NCBI GenBank assembly: GCA_951406725.2
Contig: OX597816.1
Coordinates: forward strand, 45,136,001-45,200,000
DNA: 64,000 nucleotides
DNA from: Octopus vulgaris
Lineage: Eukaryota
Direction of reading: 5' to 3'
Both the position numbers and the translations under genes were made by a program. A model generated the notes under the pieces. The model did not search any database. It was not told the DNA's origin and saw only the letters and a list, made by a program, of their open reading frames with translations. Below are positions 38,040 through 49,903 of the stretch, one piece after another; position 1 is the first letter of the stretch, and each line of letters opens with the position of its first letter.

Positions 38040-38545
38040 GAGTGACAGAGTAATGCATGCCATCAAAGTGACAATGGGGTAAAATATATACAAATCCAAT
38101 ATACCTGTCATGACTACCCATCTGATAAGGGTACATCAGACACATGCCTCACAACCATATGTACACAACATGGCAATTTCATATCAAAATAAACAGCACA
38201 TGGCCTTGCAGGTGGGGCTCAGTTAGAATTTTCTTCAGATTGAGTAGCCCATCCCACTCAAAAGGTCCCTGAACATGGGTTGTTTAAGGATGATGAACAA
38301 AACACCCATGTTTCCAGGGGTGAATTATTCAAGTTACAAAGAATCCCTCTCAGTACATGGCTATGATGCCCTCCCTCTAGTTCTGCTTGTGATCAGAGAT
38401 GCACATATCATCAGCCTCTAAGGTCAAACAAATGACAAGCAAATCTGTAGAACCGAGCAGAATATTTACTGTAGCCCATCTTTTTATACCCAGACAAAAC
38501 ATGTACACGATAACACTAACAATTGATACAGATTAGAAACCATGA
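38040..38545 (-). mobile_element. About 540-bp (TAA)n-associated element, copy 2 (more diverged)
   Basis: Same GAGTGA...TGCATGCCATCAAAGTGAC terminus abutting (ATT)n. Confidence 0.85.
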
Positions 38546-39047
38546 ACATTCTTTTCTACTCTAGGCACAAGGCCTGAAATTTTGGGGGGAGGGGGCCAGT
38601 CAATTAGATTGACCCCAGTACACAACTGGTACTTAATTTATCGACTCTGAAAGGACTAAAGGCAAAACTGACCATGGCAGAATTTGAACTCAAAATATAA
38701 AGACAGACGAAATACCGCTTAGTATTTCACCCAGCATGCTAATGTTTCTGCCAGCTCTCTATCTTAGAAGCCATGAATATTGTTATTGCTATGGCAGCGA
38801 GCTGGAAGAATTATTACTCTGCCAGATGAAATACTTAATGACATTTCTTCTGAGTTCAAGTTCCACGAAAGTTAACTTTGCCTTTCAGACTTTTGTGGTC
38901 AATAAAATAAGTACCAGCTGAGCACTGGAATCAATGCAAGCAACTTCCTCCACCCCTGAAAATCACTGTCTTTGTTTGCTAAATTTAGACTGAAGTAGTA
39001 TTGTTATAAACATCATCATCATCATCATTATAATTATTGTTACTATG

Positions 39048-39111
<64 letters not shown>

Positions 39112-39135
39112 CAATAATAATAATGATAATAATAA

Positions 39136-39691
39136 ATGCTCAAATGCAGTACCAGGCAGTGGCTCTCATGGCTTCTGATCTTAACTGATTGGAAGTGTTG
39201 TCATGTAATTGTTTTGTCTTGGTATAAAAGATGGCCTACAGCAAAAATTCTGCTCAATACCACAGATTTGCTTGTCAGTTGTTTGACCTTAACCAGTTGA
39301 GCATGTCCCTTAGTGGCTGACAATATGTGCATCTCTGATCATGAGCAGAAGTAGTGAGGGAACATCATAGCCATGTGTTGAGAGGGATTCTTTGGGGTTT
39401 GAATAATTCACCTCTGGAAACCATGGGTGTTTTGTTCAACATCCTTAAACAACCCTTATTCAGAGACCTTTTGAGCGGGATGGGTTACTCGACCTGAAGA
39501 AAATTCTAACTGGGCACCACCTGCAAGGTCATGTGCTGTATATCTTGATATGAGATCACCATGTCGCCCGCATATGGTTGTGATGCATGTGCCTAGTGTA
39601 CCCTTATCAGACGGGTAATCACGATGGGTATACCGGGCTTCGTATATTTTACCCCAGTGTCACTTTGATGGCATGCACTGCTCTCTCACTC
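39136..39691 (+). mobile_element. About 540-bp (TAA)n-associated element, copy 3
   Basis: Ends ...GCATGCACTGCTCTCTCACTC then (AAT)n; preceded by a long (AAT)n. Confidence 0.88.
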
Positions 39692-39716
39692 AATAATAAT
39701 AATAATAATAATAATA

Positions 39717-39758
<42 letters not shown>

Positions 39759-40349
39759 ATTATGATTATTATTATGAGTATTATTATTATCATTAATATT
39801 ATTATTATTATGAGTATTGTTGTTGTTGTTCTTATTATTTTTATTGTTATTATTATTATCATTATTATTATTATTATTATTATTACTATTATTATTATTA
39901 ATTCTGATGTGATAGGATAGGATTTAATCTTGACAATGTAAACAGCCAGCTTACTTGCCAATTTCCAATTACCTCAACATTCACTCAATTTATTCTCAAA
40001 CAAACTCTACTTGTGTGTGTGTGTGTGTTTGTGTGCACGTGCGTGTGTGTGTATGCATGTGTGTGTTTTGTAGGGCTGACTGAGAGGAATGTACAGTATC
40101 CAATGCGTTTTCAAGGCTGGTGAATAAAGATACTTGGTTTAGGATCAATACAGTTGATGTTTAGTTTAATCATCTACATGGGTAGAAAAGGGTGAGGGTG
40201 GGGATGGGGGTTCCAGAGTTCTGTTGCGAAGAAGGACTGGATTAAGTAATGAGAGAAGAACAGAGAAGAGTTTAATGAGTAGCTAAAGGACGAGTGAACA
40301 TTAAGGAGTGGATTCAAAAGCAAAGTTCTGTAAGAGAAATGATTGTGGC

Positions 40350-40518
40350 TATAGGCGCAGGAGTGGCTGTGTGGTAAGTAGCTTGCTTACCAACCACATG
40401 GTTCCGGGTTCATTCCCACTGCGTGGCACCTTGGGCAAGTGTCTTCTACTATAGCCTCGGGTCAACCAAAGCCTTGTGAGTGGATTTGGTAGACGGAAAC
40501 TGAAATAAGCCCATCATA

Positions 40519-40571
<53 letters not shown>

Positions 40572-41010
40572 ATATGTTGTGCGTCTGTGTTTGTCCCCAC
40601 AACATCGCATGACAACCGATGGTGGTGTGTTTACGTCCCCGTCACTTAGTGGTTTGGCAAAAAGAGACCGATAGAATAAGTACTGGGCTTACAAAGAATA
40701 AGTCCCGGGGTGGATTTGCTCGACTAAAGGCGGTGCTCCAGCATGGCCACAGTCAAATGACTGAAAAAAGTAAAAGAAAGAAAAAGAAAAGAAAAATATG
40801 TATGTGTGTGTATATGTTTGTGTTTCTGTGTTTGTCCCCCCAACATCGCATGACAACCGATGCTGGTGTGTTTATGTCCCCATAACTTAGCGGTTTGGCA
40901 AAAGAGAGCCAATAGAATAGGTACTATAAGTGCTGGGGTCAATTTGCTCGACTAAAGGCGGTGCTCCAGCATGGTCGCAGTCAAATGACTGAAACAAGTA
41001 GAAAGAGAAA
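40350..41010 (+). mobile_element. tRNA-derived SINE ('family B') with internal (TA)n and a tandemly duplicated 3' half
   Basis: A-box TGGCTGTGTGG and B-box-like GGTTCATTCCC. The 3' half TTTGTCCCC...ATGACTGAAA occurs twice. Confidence 0.88.
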
Positions 41011-41769
41011 GTAGAGGAATCATAAACCATTTTTGAATTTTAATTTTAAAAGATGTTTTTTTTTTGTATGTGCGAAGGTGGTGGTGGAGTGGGCAGATTT
41101 AAGATTAAAATTTTGGTAGGAAATAACTGAGTGGTTCAGAAGCTTGCTTTGCATTCATAGAGGTTCTTAGCATGGTTCCTATTTTATTGGGTAGTGTTTT
41201 ATAGCAGAATATATAAGTATACTTTGTTAAAATACTCAGGTGAAAATTTGAATGTTTTATATGCCACCAGCATGAGGGCTAGTCAGGCGGTACTAGCATC
41301 GACTACACCCAAATGGTGCTTTGAAAAGCACCCAATACATTTTGGAGTGGTTGGCATTAGGAAGGGCATCCAGCTTGCAAGAACAGATTGCAGCCTGGTG
41401 CAACTTCCTGAGTTGCCGGTCCTCAGTCAAACCATATAACCCATGGAAAGCAGGTGTTAAGTGATGATGACGATTATGATATATATATATAGTTCCACTG
41501 TGCGGCACCAAGAGCAAAAGTTTACTGCTATGGTCTCAGGCTGGCTAACCAATATCTCATGAATGAATTTGGCAGACAGAAACCATGTGGAAACCACATG
41601 TAAAAAAGTATCCAGTGCACTCTGTAAAGGGATTAACATCAGGAAGGGCATCCATTCAGAGAAACCAGGCCAAAGCAGACAGTAGAGCATGGCCCAGTTT
41701 TCTGATTTGCCAGCTCCTGTCAAACCATCCAAAATGGAAATTGGACATTAAATGATGATGATGAGAACA

Positions 41770-41844
41770 CAGATCTATCCATCCATCCATCCATCAATCT
41801 ATCAGTCTGTCTACCTGCCTATCCATCCATCCATCTGTCCATCC

Positions 41845-41940
<96 letters not shown>

Positions 41941-42149
41941 GCTTGCCTGCCTGCCTATCCATCCACCCACCCACCTACCTATCTATCTATCTATCTGTCT
42001 ATCTGCCTGTCTACCTATCTATCCATCCATCCACCCACCTACCTACGTACCTATCTGTCTGTCTGCCTATCCACCCATCCACCCACCCAGCTACCTACCT
42101 ACCCATCTGTCTGTCTATCTGCCTGTCTGTCTGCCTGCTTGCTTGTCTG

Positions 42150-42213
<64 letters not shown>

Positions 42214-42235
42214 CCTGTCTATCTATGTCTGTCTG
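41770..42235. repeat. Compound tetranucleotide microsatellite (ATCT/GTCT/ATCC/ACCT)
   Basis: Visible directly. Confidence 0.95.
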
Positions 42236-42676
42236 TGTTTGTGCGTGTAAACATGCATGTATGTTTGTCACTCTATGCCCTTACACAAGACACTACTTAC
42301 GCAGTAGTGAAGTTGTTAATTGTTTCTCTTTTACTTGTTGCAGTCATTAGAAAGCGACCATGCTGGGGCACCACTTTAAAGCAATTTTGTCAAATAAATC
42401 AACTCCAATACTTATTTTTTTAAAATTAAACCTGGTACTTATTCTATAGATCTCTTTTGCCAAACTGCTAAGTTTACATCCCACCATAAAAAAAAAAAAG
42501 TCTGCCAGCTCAGCAATTCAACATGCAAAAATATGGAATAATGTACCTTATTCACAAAACAAATAAAGGGTTAGCATCAAGAAGGAAGGGTATCTGATGT
42601 AGAATACTGCATGAAGATGTCTTTTCTAACTCATGCCATCATCAAAAAAGCAGAAGTAAAAACGACAACAGAGGTG

Positions 42677-44252
42677 ATAGTGATGATGAGACAATGTCCA
42701 CAAAGATGACAATGAGATGCTATTGATGATGATGATGATGATGATGATGAGAAAAGGTAAAATTTATTGAATCAACAGTAATTGATTACCCGTCCTTATT
42801 TTATCAACTGCAGATGTATGAAAGGTAAAGTAAGACTTAGCAGGTCATGTTAACCCATCAGCTTTTATAATGGCCATATCCAATCAAATATTCCACCAGT
42901 TTTATGCTCAAACTGGCCAAATCTGACCTCCCGCACCTATTCCTACAACATCATTCTACTTAGAGACCTTGCTGGTGCCATGTAAAAAGCACCAAGTCCA
43001 CTCTGTAAAGTGGTTGGCATTAGGAAGGGCACCCATCCATAAAAACCATGCTAAAAAAGATCTCACTGGTGCTGGTACCACATTAAAAGCATTCTGTAAA
43101 TTGGTTGGTATTAGAGAAGGCATCTAGCCACAAAAACCAAGCCAAAAGAAACCTCACTAGTGCTGGTGCCACATGAAAATGTACCCAGTCCACTCTGTAA
43201 AGTGATTGGTATTAGTAAGGGCATCCATCCATGAAAACCAAACCAAAAGAAACCTCACCAGTGCTAATGCTATGTATAAAGCACCCAACATACTCTGTAA
43301 AGTGGTTGGTATTAAGAAGGGAATCCAGCTATAGATACCATGTCAAAACAGACAATGGAGTTTGGTGCCATCCTCTGGTTTACCAGCTCCTGTCAAAGCA
43401 TCCAACCCATGCCAGTATGGAAGACAGACATTATGATGATGACGATGACACTGTTGAAATCTCAAAGCTACAAGATAATGCATGATTAATTCAAAACAAT
43501 GTGAACATGAGCACTCAGAGAGTGCAAACCTCCGCCAAGGCAGCACTAACATCCTCTCAACGATTAGCCAGAGATGATTTTTAAAATGAGAATATCTGAA
43601 ATAAACTCAACTGCTCTCACAAACGTGAATACTAAAAATGAACCCGACCACTCTCAAAGTTTAAGTAAATAAACAGTAAAAATAATCCAGAATCCTTGTC
43701 CGGTATTGGATTGATCCCAAAATCTAATCAGTTTGTGCCAGTCACAAGGCCAAATATCCCTGAAAGTTTCATCTGAATCCATCCAGCAGTTCTTGAGATA
43801 TATTGTCCACAGACAAACAAACAAACACAATTGAAAGCAATACCTCTGCCTTTACTAAGGTGGAAGTAATAAATAAGCATTACTTTTGACCGATAATCTG
43901 AATGCTAAAGAAGTAAACTTACAACAAGTCTCAAAACCAAGAGATGATAATGATGATGAGACAATGTCCACAAAGATGACAATGAGATGCTATTGATGAT
44001 GATGATGATGATGAGAAAAGGTAAAATTTATTGAATCAACAGTAGTTGATTACCTGTCCTTATTTTATCAACTGCAGATGTATGAAAGGTAAAGTAAGAC
44101 TTAGCAGGTCATGTTAACCCTTCAGCTTTTATAATGGCCATATCCAATCAAATATTCTTCCAGTTTTATGCTCAAACTGGCCAAATCTGACCTCCTGCAC
44201 CTATTCCTACAACATCATTCTACTTAGAGACCTTGCTGGTGCCATGTAAAAA
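42677..44252. repeat. About 310-bp direct duplication (42677-42990 / 43945-44252)
   Basis: GATGATGAGACAATGTCCACAAAG...CCTTGCTGGTGCCATGTAAAAA occurs twice, near-identical. Confidence 0.92.
43509..43870 (-). mobile_element. Helentron-associated (DINE-1/HINE-like) element, second copy
   Basis: Minus strand ends GCCTTGGCGGAGGTTT-GCACTC tct GAGTGC (sub-TIR plus 3' hairpin). Confidence 0.65.
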
Positions 44253-44967
44253 ACAACAAATTCAGTTTGACAAGGTATGTAGAAAGAGTTGGAGCAAATA
44301 CCATGAGGTACCCCAGCTGAGACTCTAATGATTTCACTAATCCATTGCTCTAGTCTACTATTTCATTTTATCAACTCTAGAAGGAGGAAAAGCAAAGATA
44401 ATCTCAGCCAGATTTGAAATCATGATGCAAAGAGCCAGAACATATAAATGTTGTGTTTAAGGTGAGTTATTTCTGCCAATTATTCAACACACACACACAG
44501 GTCAGGTCAGAGATTTCATCACAGGCTGATGAGATCTGCAACAGGTACCATGTGAACTAGTACAATCTATTTCATGGTCAAGTGGTCAATGACTAAACTG
44601 GCTCCTCCATTTGAGTAGCTTTCCACTCTTGAGAGGAGGACGTCTGCTGGATACCCAGCAGGACTAAAAGCAAGACCTATTGAAGACCCAGTGAGTTCCT
44701 TAAGGGCCAGCAGCCATCCAGTGGGGGAAGGCTATGGCAAACCACCCACCCAATGTCTTTGCCAAAACACTATGAGAAAATCAGAACAATATAATGCTTT
44801 GGGAGAACTCATGCTTAACTGAGATTTTCAATGGCTTTAGGATGCTGAACCTTCTTGGTGAGATGACAAAGGACAAAGATAACTGGCACCTTGCTGGATT
44901 CAAGAAGACTTATACTCAACAGCAAAAGTGTTAAGACTGGTACCTCTGGTATTGTAAAATACTCATG

Positions 44968-45540
44968 GTGGTGCCACATAAAAGCACCTGTGTGGTTTCA
45001 CATAAAAGCACCTGTGTGGTTTCACATAAAATCACCTGTGTAGTGCCACATAAAAGCACCTGTGTGGTGCCACATAAAAGCACCTGTGTAGTGTCACATA
45101 AAAGCACCTGTGTGTTGCCACATAAAAGCATCTGTGTGGTGGCACATAAAAGCACCTGTGTGGTGGCACATAAAAGCACCTGTGTGTTGGCACATAAAAG
45201 CACCTGTGTGGTTTCACATAAAAGCACCTGTGTGGTTTCACATAAAATCACCTGTGTGGTACCACATAAAAGCACCTGTGTGTTTCCACATTAAAGCACC
45301 TGTGTGGTGGCACATAAAAGCACCTGTGTAGTGTCACATAACATCACCTGTGTGGTTTCACATAAAAGCACCTGTGTGGTTTCACATAAAATCACCTGTG
45401 TGGTACCACATAAAAGCACCTGTGTGTTTCCACATAAAAGCACCTGTGTGTTGGCACATAAAAGCACCTGTGTGGTGGCACATAAAAGCACCTGTGTGGT
45501 GTCACATAAAAGCACTTGTGTGGTTCCACATAAGAGCACC
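44968..45540 (+). repeat. 24-bp minisatellite (about 24 units) expanded inside a SINE
   Basis: Unit GGTGCCACATAAAAGCACCTGTGT with variants; runs into the SINE 3' part that ends in (GAT)n at about 45710. Confidence 0.97.
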
Positions 45541-47015
45541 CAGTGCACTCTGTAAGCAGTTGGTGTTAGGAAGGGGCATCAAGCCATAGAAACCATGACA
45601 AATCAGATTGGAGTTTGATGCAGCTCTCCAGCATGCCAGCTTTCGTCAATCCATCCAACCCATGCCAGCATGGACAATGGACGTTAAATGATGATGATGA
45701 TGATGATGATGTCACAAACATACTACAAAAGTGTATCATATATGACACTGATGACACTGATATTATCTTGTTTATAATTTCATTGCTTTGTACATTTGTG
45801 CATTGGTAGAATTGTTAGAGCAAAATATGCCATATCAGTTCTGACTCTTTAAGTTCAGTGTTCAAATCCTGCCACAGTCAATTTTTATTTATCTCTCCGG
45901 AAGTGATAAAATAGTGTTCCAATCAATACTGGGGTTGATGTAACCAATTAAGCCCTCCTCTCTTCAAAATTACTGCTCTTCTGTCTAAATTAGAAACAAT
46001 GATTTCTTTGCTTTGTTATTTCATATCTTTTAACTGTGACCATGCTGGGGCACCCCACTACTTTTTTTTAAGCCTTGTATATGTTCTGTCAACCCCTTTT
46101 GCTGAACTACTAAGTCATGTGGTTATAAACAAGTCAACATCAGTTGTCAAGCAGTGGACAGGGGGCAAAGACAAACACACACACACACACATATTTTAAT
46201 TAATGGTAGCCTTTCAAATCCAAGAAAGATGGTTTTGCAATTTCCTGTTAACAATCTAAATAAATAAATGCACCCATTTTTAAAGCCTAGTCAGGCTCAT
46301 GGGCCCAGTTTCCCGGTTTCTATGGCGTATGTGTTCCCCAGCTGGACGGGACGCCAGTCCATTGCAGCGTTACTCATTTTTGCCAGCTGAGTAGACTGGA
46401 GCAACGTGAAATGAAGTGTTTTGCTCAAGAACACAATGCATCACCTGGTCAAGGAATCGAAACCACAATCTTACAATTATGATGCTGACACCCTAACCAC
46501 TAAGCCACGCACCTCCATGTTAACAATCTGCACAGATAATTTGTTTATAGTGATTGAATGATTGTGCAGCACATTAGCTCACTTCCTCCATCCAAATAGG
46601 CATTACCTGTACAGGTGCACAAGTATGGCACACATCAGATGTTGAAGGAATCGCAGAACAATTGTGTTCCGCACAAGAACACAACACTCTACTCAGTCCA
46701 AGAATTGAACTCACAAACTTACAATCATAAGTGCACCACCACTACCACTAGGCCACATCACACACACATACACACACTTCCATACAGTTTCCTTCCACCA
46801 AATTCACTCATAAGGCATCGCTCAGCCCTGGGACTATAGAAGACACTTGCTCAAGGTACTGCACGATCAGACGGAACCTGAAATCATGTAGTTGCAAAAC
46901 AAACATCTTAAACAAACAGTCATGCCTGCACCTATAACAAAGTCCTTTGTCACATTCCTGCGACCTACTGTATAGTTCTCTGTCAAATATGTAAAGGTAA
47001 TAGGGTAATAAGGGT

Positions 47016-47149
47016 GAAGACCCCCTTTGGTCATGATTGGCCATGAGATTGCACATAGAATGTTCCCCTCTAAGGCACCTGGACTTGTGCCTTAGAGGGG
47101 AACATTCTATGTGCAATCTCATGGCCAATCATGACCAAAGGGGGTCTTC
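47016..47149. repeat. Perfect 63-bp inverted repeat with 8-nt spacer, inside a SINE
   Basis: 47016-47078 is the exact reverse complement of 47087-47149. Confidence 0.97.
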
Positions 47150-48979
47150 TCGTAGTGTTTTGGCAAAGACATTGGGTGGGTGGTTTGCCATAGCTTTCCC
47201 CCACTAAGGTTATTTATGGAAGACCAGTAGTTTCCTATGCATACCAGTCTCCCTTCTCCACACCACTGACGTTATCCAAAGGAAAGGCAAGGGCTGATAC
47301 AGCTTGGCACCAGTGATGTCACAACTCATTTCTACAGCTGAGTGAACTGGAGCAACATGGAATAAAGTGTTTTGCTCAAGAACACGACACAATGCCTGGT
47401 CCGAGAATTGAACTCACTACCTCATGATTGAGAGCTCGATGCTCTAACCACTGAGCCATTTGCCTTCATAAAGTTAATAATACTTTACAGTTAACTGTGT
47501 AACGGGTTTAAGGTAAAATCCATAGGCAGGAAATTAAGGTGCCAGACATCATAGATGAGAAGGTAGGAGGTCACAAAGTGAATTTGAAGTACAGACAAAA
47601 TTCACTCCTGCTTTGGTATTGAGAGTAACAAACAAATGAAATGTTAAGCTTTAACCACCACTAACTACTATTACTACTACCACTACCATCAACAATACTA
47701 TCAATTTTAATATGAGCCAAAGCAGAGGACATTAAGTGGTCACTTGCTATGCTAGAAATAGCAGCCAAATTTCACTGACCTTACATTCTATATTCATAAG
47801 CAAGACAGGACACATTAGATAATGTAGTCCTAGATATACTACATCTGAATCAAAACTGGCTGGTCATGGCTGGAATCTTTTTGCTAGTGAGATGGCTTGA
47901 TATGCCAAGACCTGGAGCAAAATTACAGCAACTTATTTGAATAAATAATCCAATACTCTAATGGACATTTGGCTAATGTGGATTAGAGAGAGAGAGAGAG
48001 AGAGAGGCTGGGGAAGCATATTAGAAACCCAATGAATGCTTGCCAGTGGCTAAGGTTATCACCTTGTCTCGTTTATTTTTGTTCTCACAAGCACCCATAG
48101 TTTTATGACCTGACATTTTGCATTAGAAGTCATTGTCAAAATATGGCTGCAAAAGAGAAAAACTAAATAAAAAGTAAATTTTCTTCTGAAAGGGTCACAG
48201 GAGTCAGAACTTTCGTATAATAAAGTAATATATCATTCAGGGCCTCTAGCCAGTGGACAACAAACAGTTGTTGAAAGAGGTTCTTTTGTTCGGCTTTCCA
48301 ACTTGTCAGACAGACCCAGCTAGACAAAGTTATGATGGATTACATACTATTAATCGAAAGTGAGAAAGTGAACAGAAACAAGCATGAGAGAGAGAGAGAG
48401 AGAGAGAGAGTTGTGTGTGAATGGTAAAGCTGGAAGTCTTCAAGTGGAATAGGAATCTATTTTGCTATAGTATGTGGAATGAGGAAAAAGAAAAAAAATT
48501 CGCAGGAAATAGTAACAAGTTTTAAGATGAAATGGAAGTAAGACACGACTGAAATAGTAAATTGGAAGTATGTAAGTTGGACAACGATTTCCAACAATTT
48601 TTCACAACAACGGCTGTTATTGCTCTGAAGTGCAAAATTGTTCTAACAAAGTAAGTGCCTGGCAGCAGAACAGATCAATTTGATAGATGAGTAACTAGCT
48701 TGGCAACAATGAAATTCCATTTTGAACAAACAAAGGAACCAGTGGTATTAACGAAATCTTAATAGAGCATGTGATAAAGGTGCTAGATGGCAAAAGTAAA
48801 GAAATTGGGTTTGATTTTATTTCTATTTATTATTTATTACTGAAATGGCAATGGAATGGCAGAAACTATAGAATGCCAAACTTAATACATACAATTCAGT
48901 ATTTAGCTACAGTTCTTTACATTCATGTTCAAATCTTGCTGAGGTTAAACTTTGCATTTTATCTCTCTAGGGTTGATAA

Positions 48980-49157
48980 GGCATAGGTGAGGCTGTGTGG
49001 TAAGTAGCTTGCTTACAAACTACATGCTCCCGGGTTCAGTCCCAGTGCGTGGCACCTTGGACAAGTGTCTTCTACTTACTATAGCCTCGGGTTGACCAAA
49101 GCCTTGTCAGTGGATTTGGTAGATGGAAACTGAAAGAAGCCTGTCGTATATATGTAC

Positions 49158-49206
<49 letters not shown>

Positions 49207-49427
49207 TGTGTGTGCATTTGTTTGTGCGTCTGTGTTTGTCCCCACAACATCGCTTGACAACTGATGCTGGTGTGTTTATATCGCCATAACTTAGTGGTTC
49301 GGCAAAAGAGACCAATAGAATAAGTACTAGGCTTGCAAAGAATAAGTCCTGGGGTTGATTTGCTCGACTAAAGGTGGTGCTCCAACATGGCCACAGTCAA
49401 ATGACTGAAACAAGTAAAAGAGTAAAA
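48980..49427 (+). mobile_element. Family B SINE, full length
   Basis: tRNA-like head, internal (TA)n, AAAAGAGT tail. Confidence 0.9.
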
Positions 49428-49491
49428 ATAAGCACCTGACAAAATACTTTCAGCAATAGAACTAACTTCACAGTTCCAAAATGATTACTCT

Positions 49492-49903
49492 TTATTCTTT
49501 TACTATTTTACTTGTTTCAGTCATTTGACTGTGGCCATGCTGGAGCACCACCTTTAGCCGAGCAAATCGACCCCAGGACTTATTCTTTGTAAGCCTAGTA
49601 TTTTTTCTATCGGATCTATTTTTGCTGAACCGCTAAGTTACAGGGACATAAACACACCAGCATCAGTTGTCAAGCGATGTTGTGGGGACAAACACAGATG
49701 CACAAACATATGCACACACATGCATATATATATACATATATACGACGGGCTTCTTTCAGTTTCCGTCTACCAAATCCACTCACAAGGTTTTGTTGGCCCG
49801 AGGCTATTGTAGAAGGCACTCACCCAAGGTGCCATGCAGTGGGACTGAACCTGGAACCATGTGGCTGGTAAGCAAACTACTTATCACCCAGCCACTCCTG
49901 TAG
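49492..49903 (-). mobile_element. Family B SINE, full length, inverted relative to its neighbour
   Basis: Reverse complement of 48980-49427. Confidence 0.9.

Noticed and set aside
40350-40430. tRNA genes at SINE heads (families A-D)
   Set aside because: A and B boxes are present but no complete cloverleaf, and each continues into a SINE body.
42677-44252. LTR pair of a small LTR retroelement
   Set aside because: No TG...CA ends, PBS or PPT. The duplicated block spans unique DNA plus MITE and SINE junctions, so it is a local duplication.
44968-45540. CRISPR-like array or repeat-protein ORFs (VVSHKSTC)n
   Set aside because: Contiguous 24-bp units with no unique spacers, no cas genes and a eukaryotic context. 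ORFs are open only because the unit is a stop-free multiple of 3.
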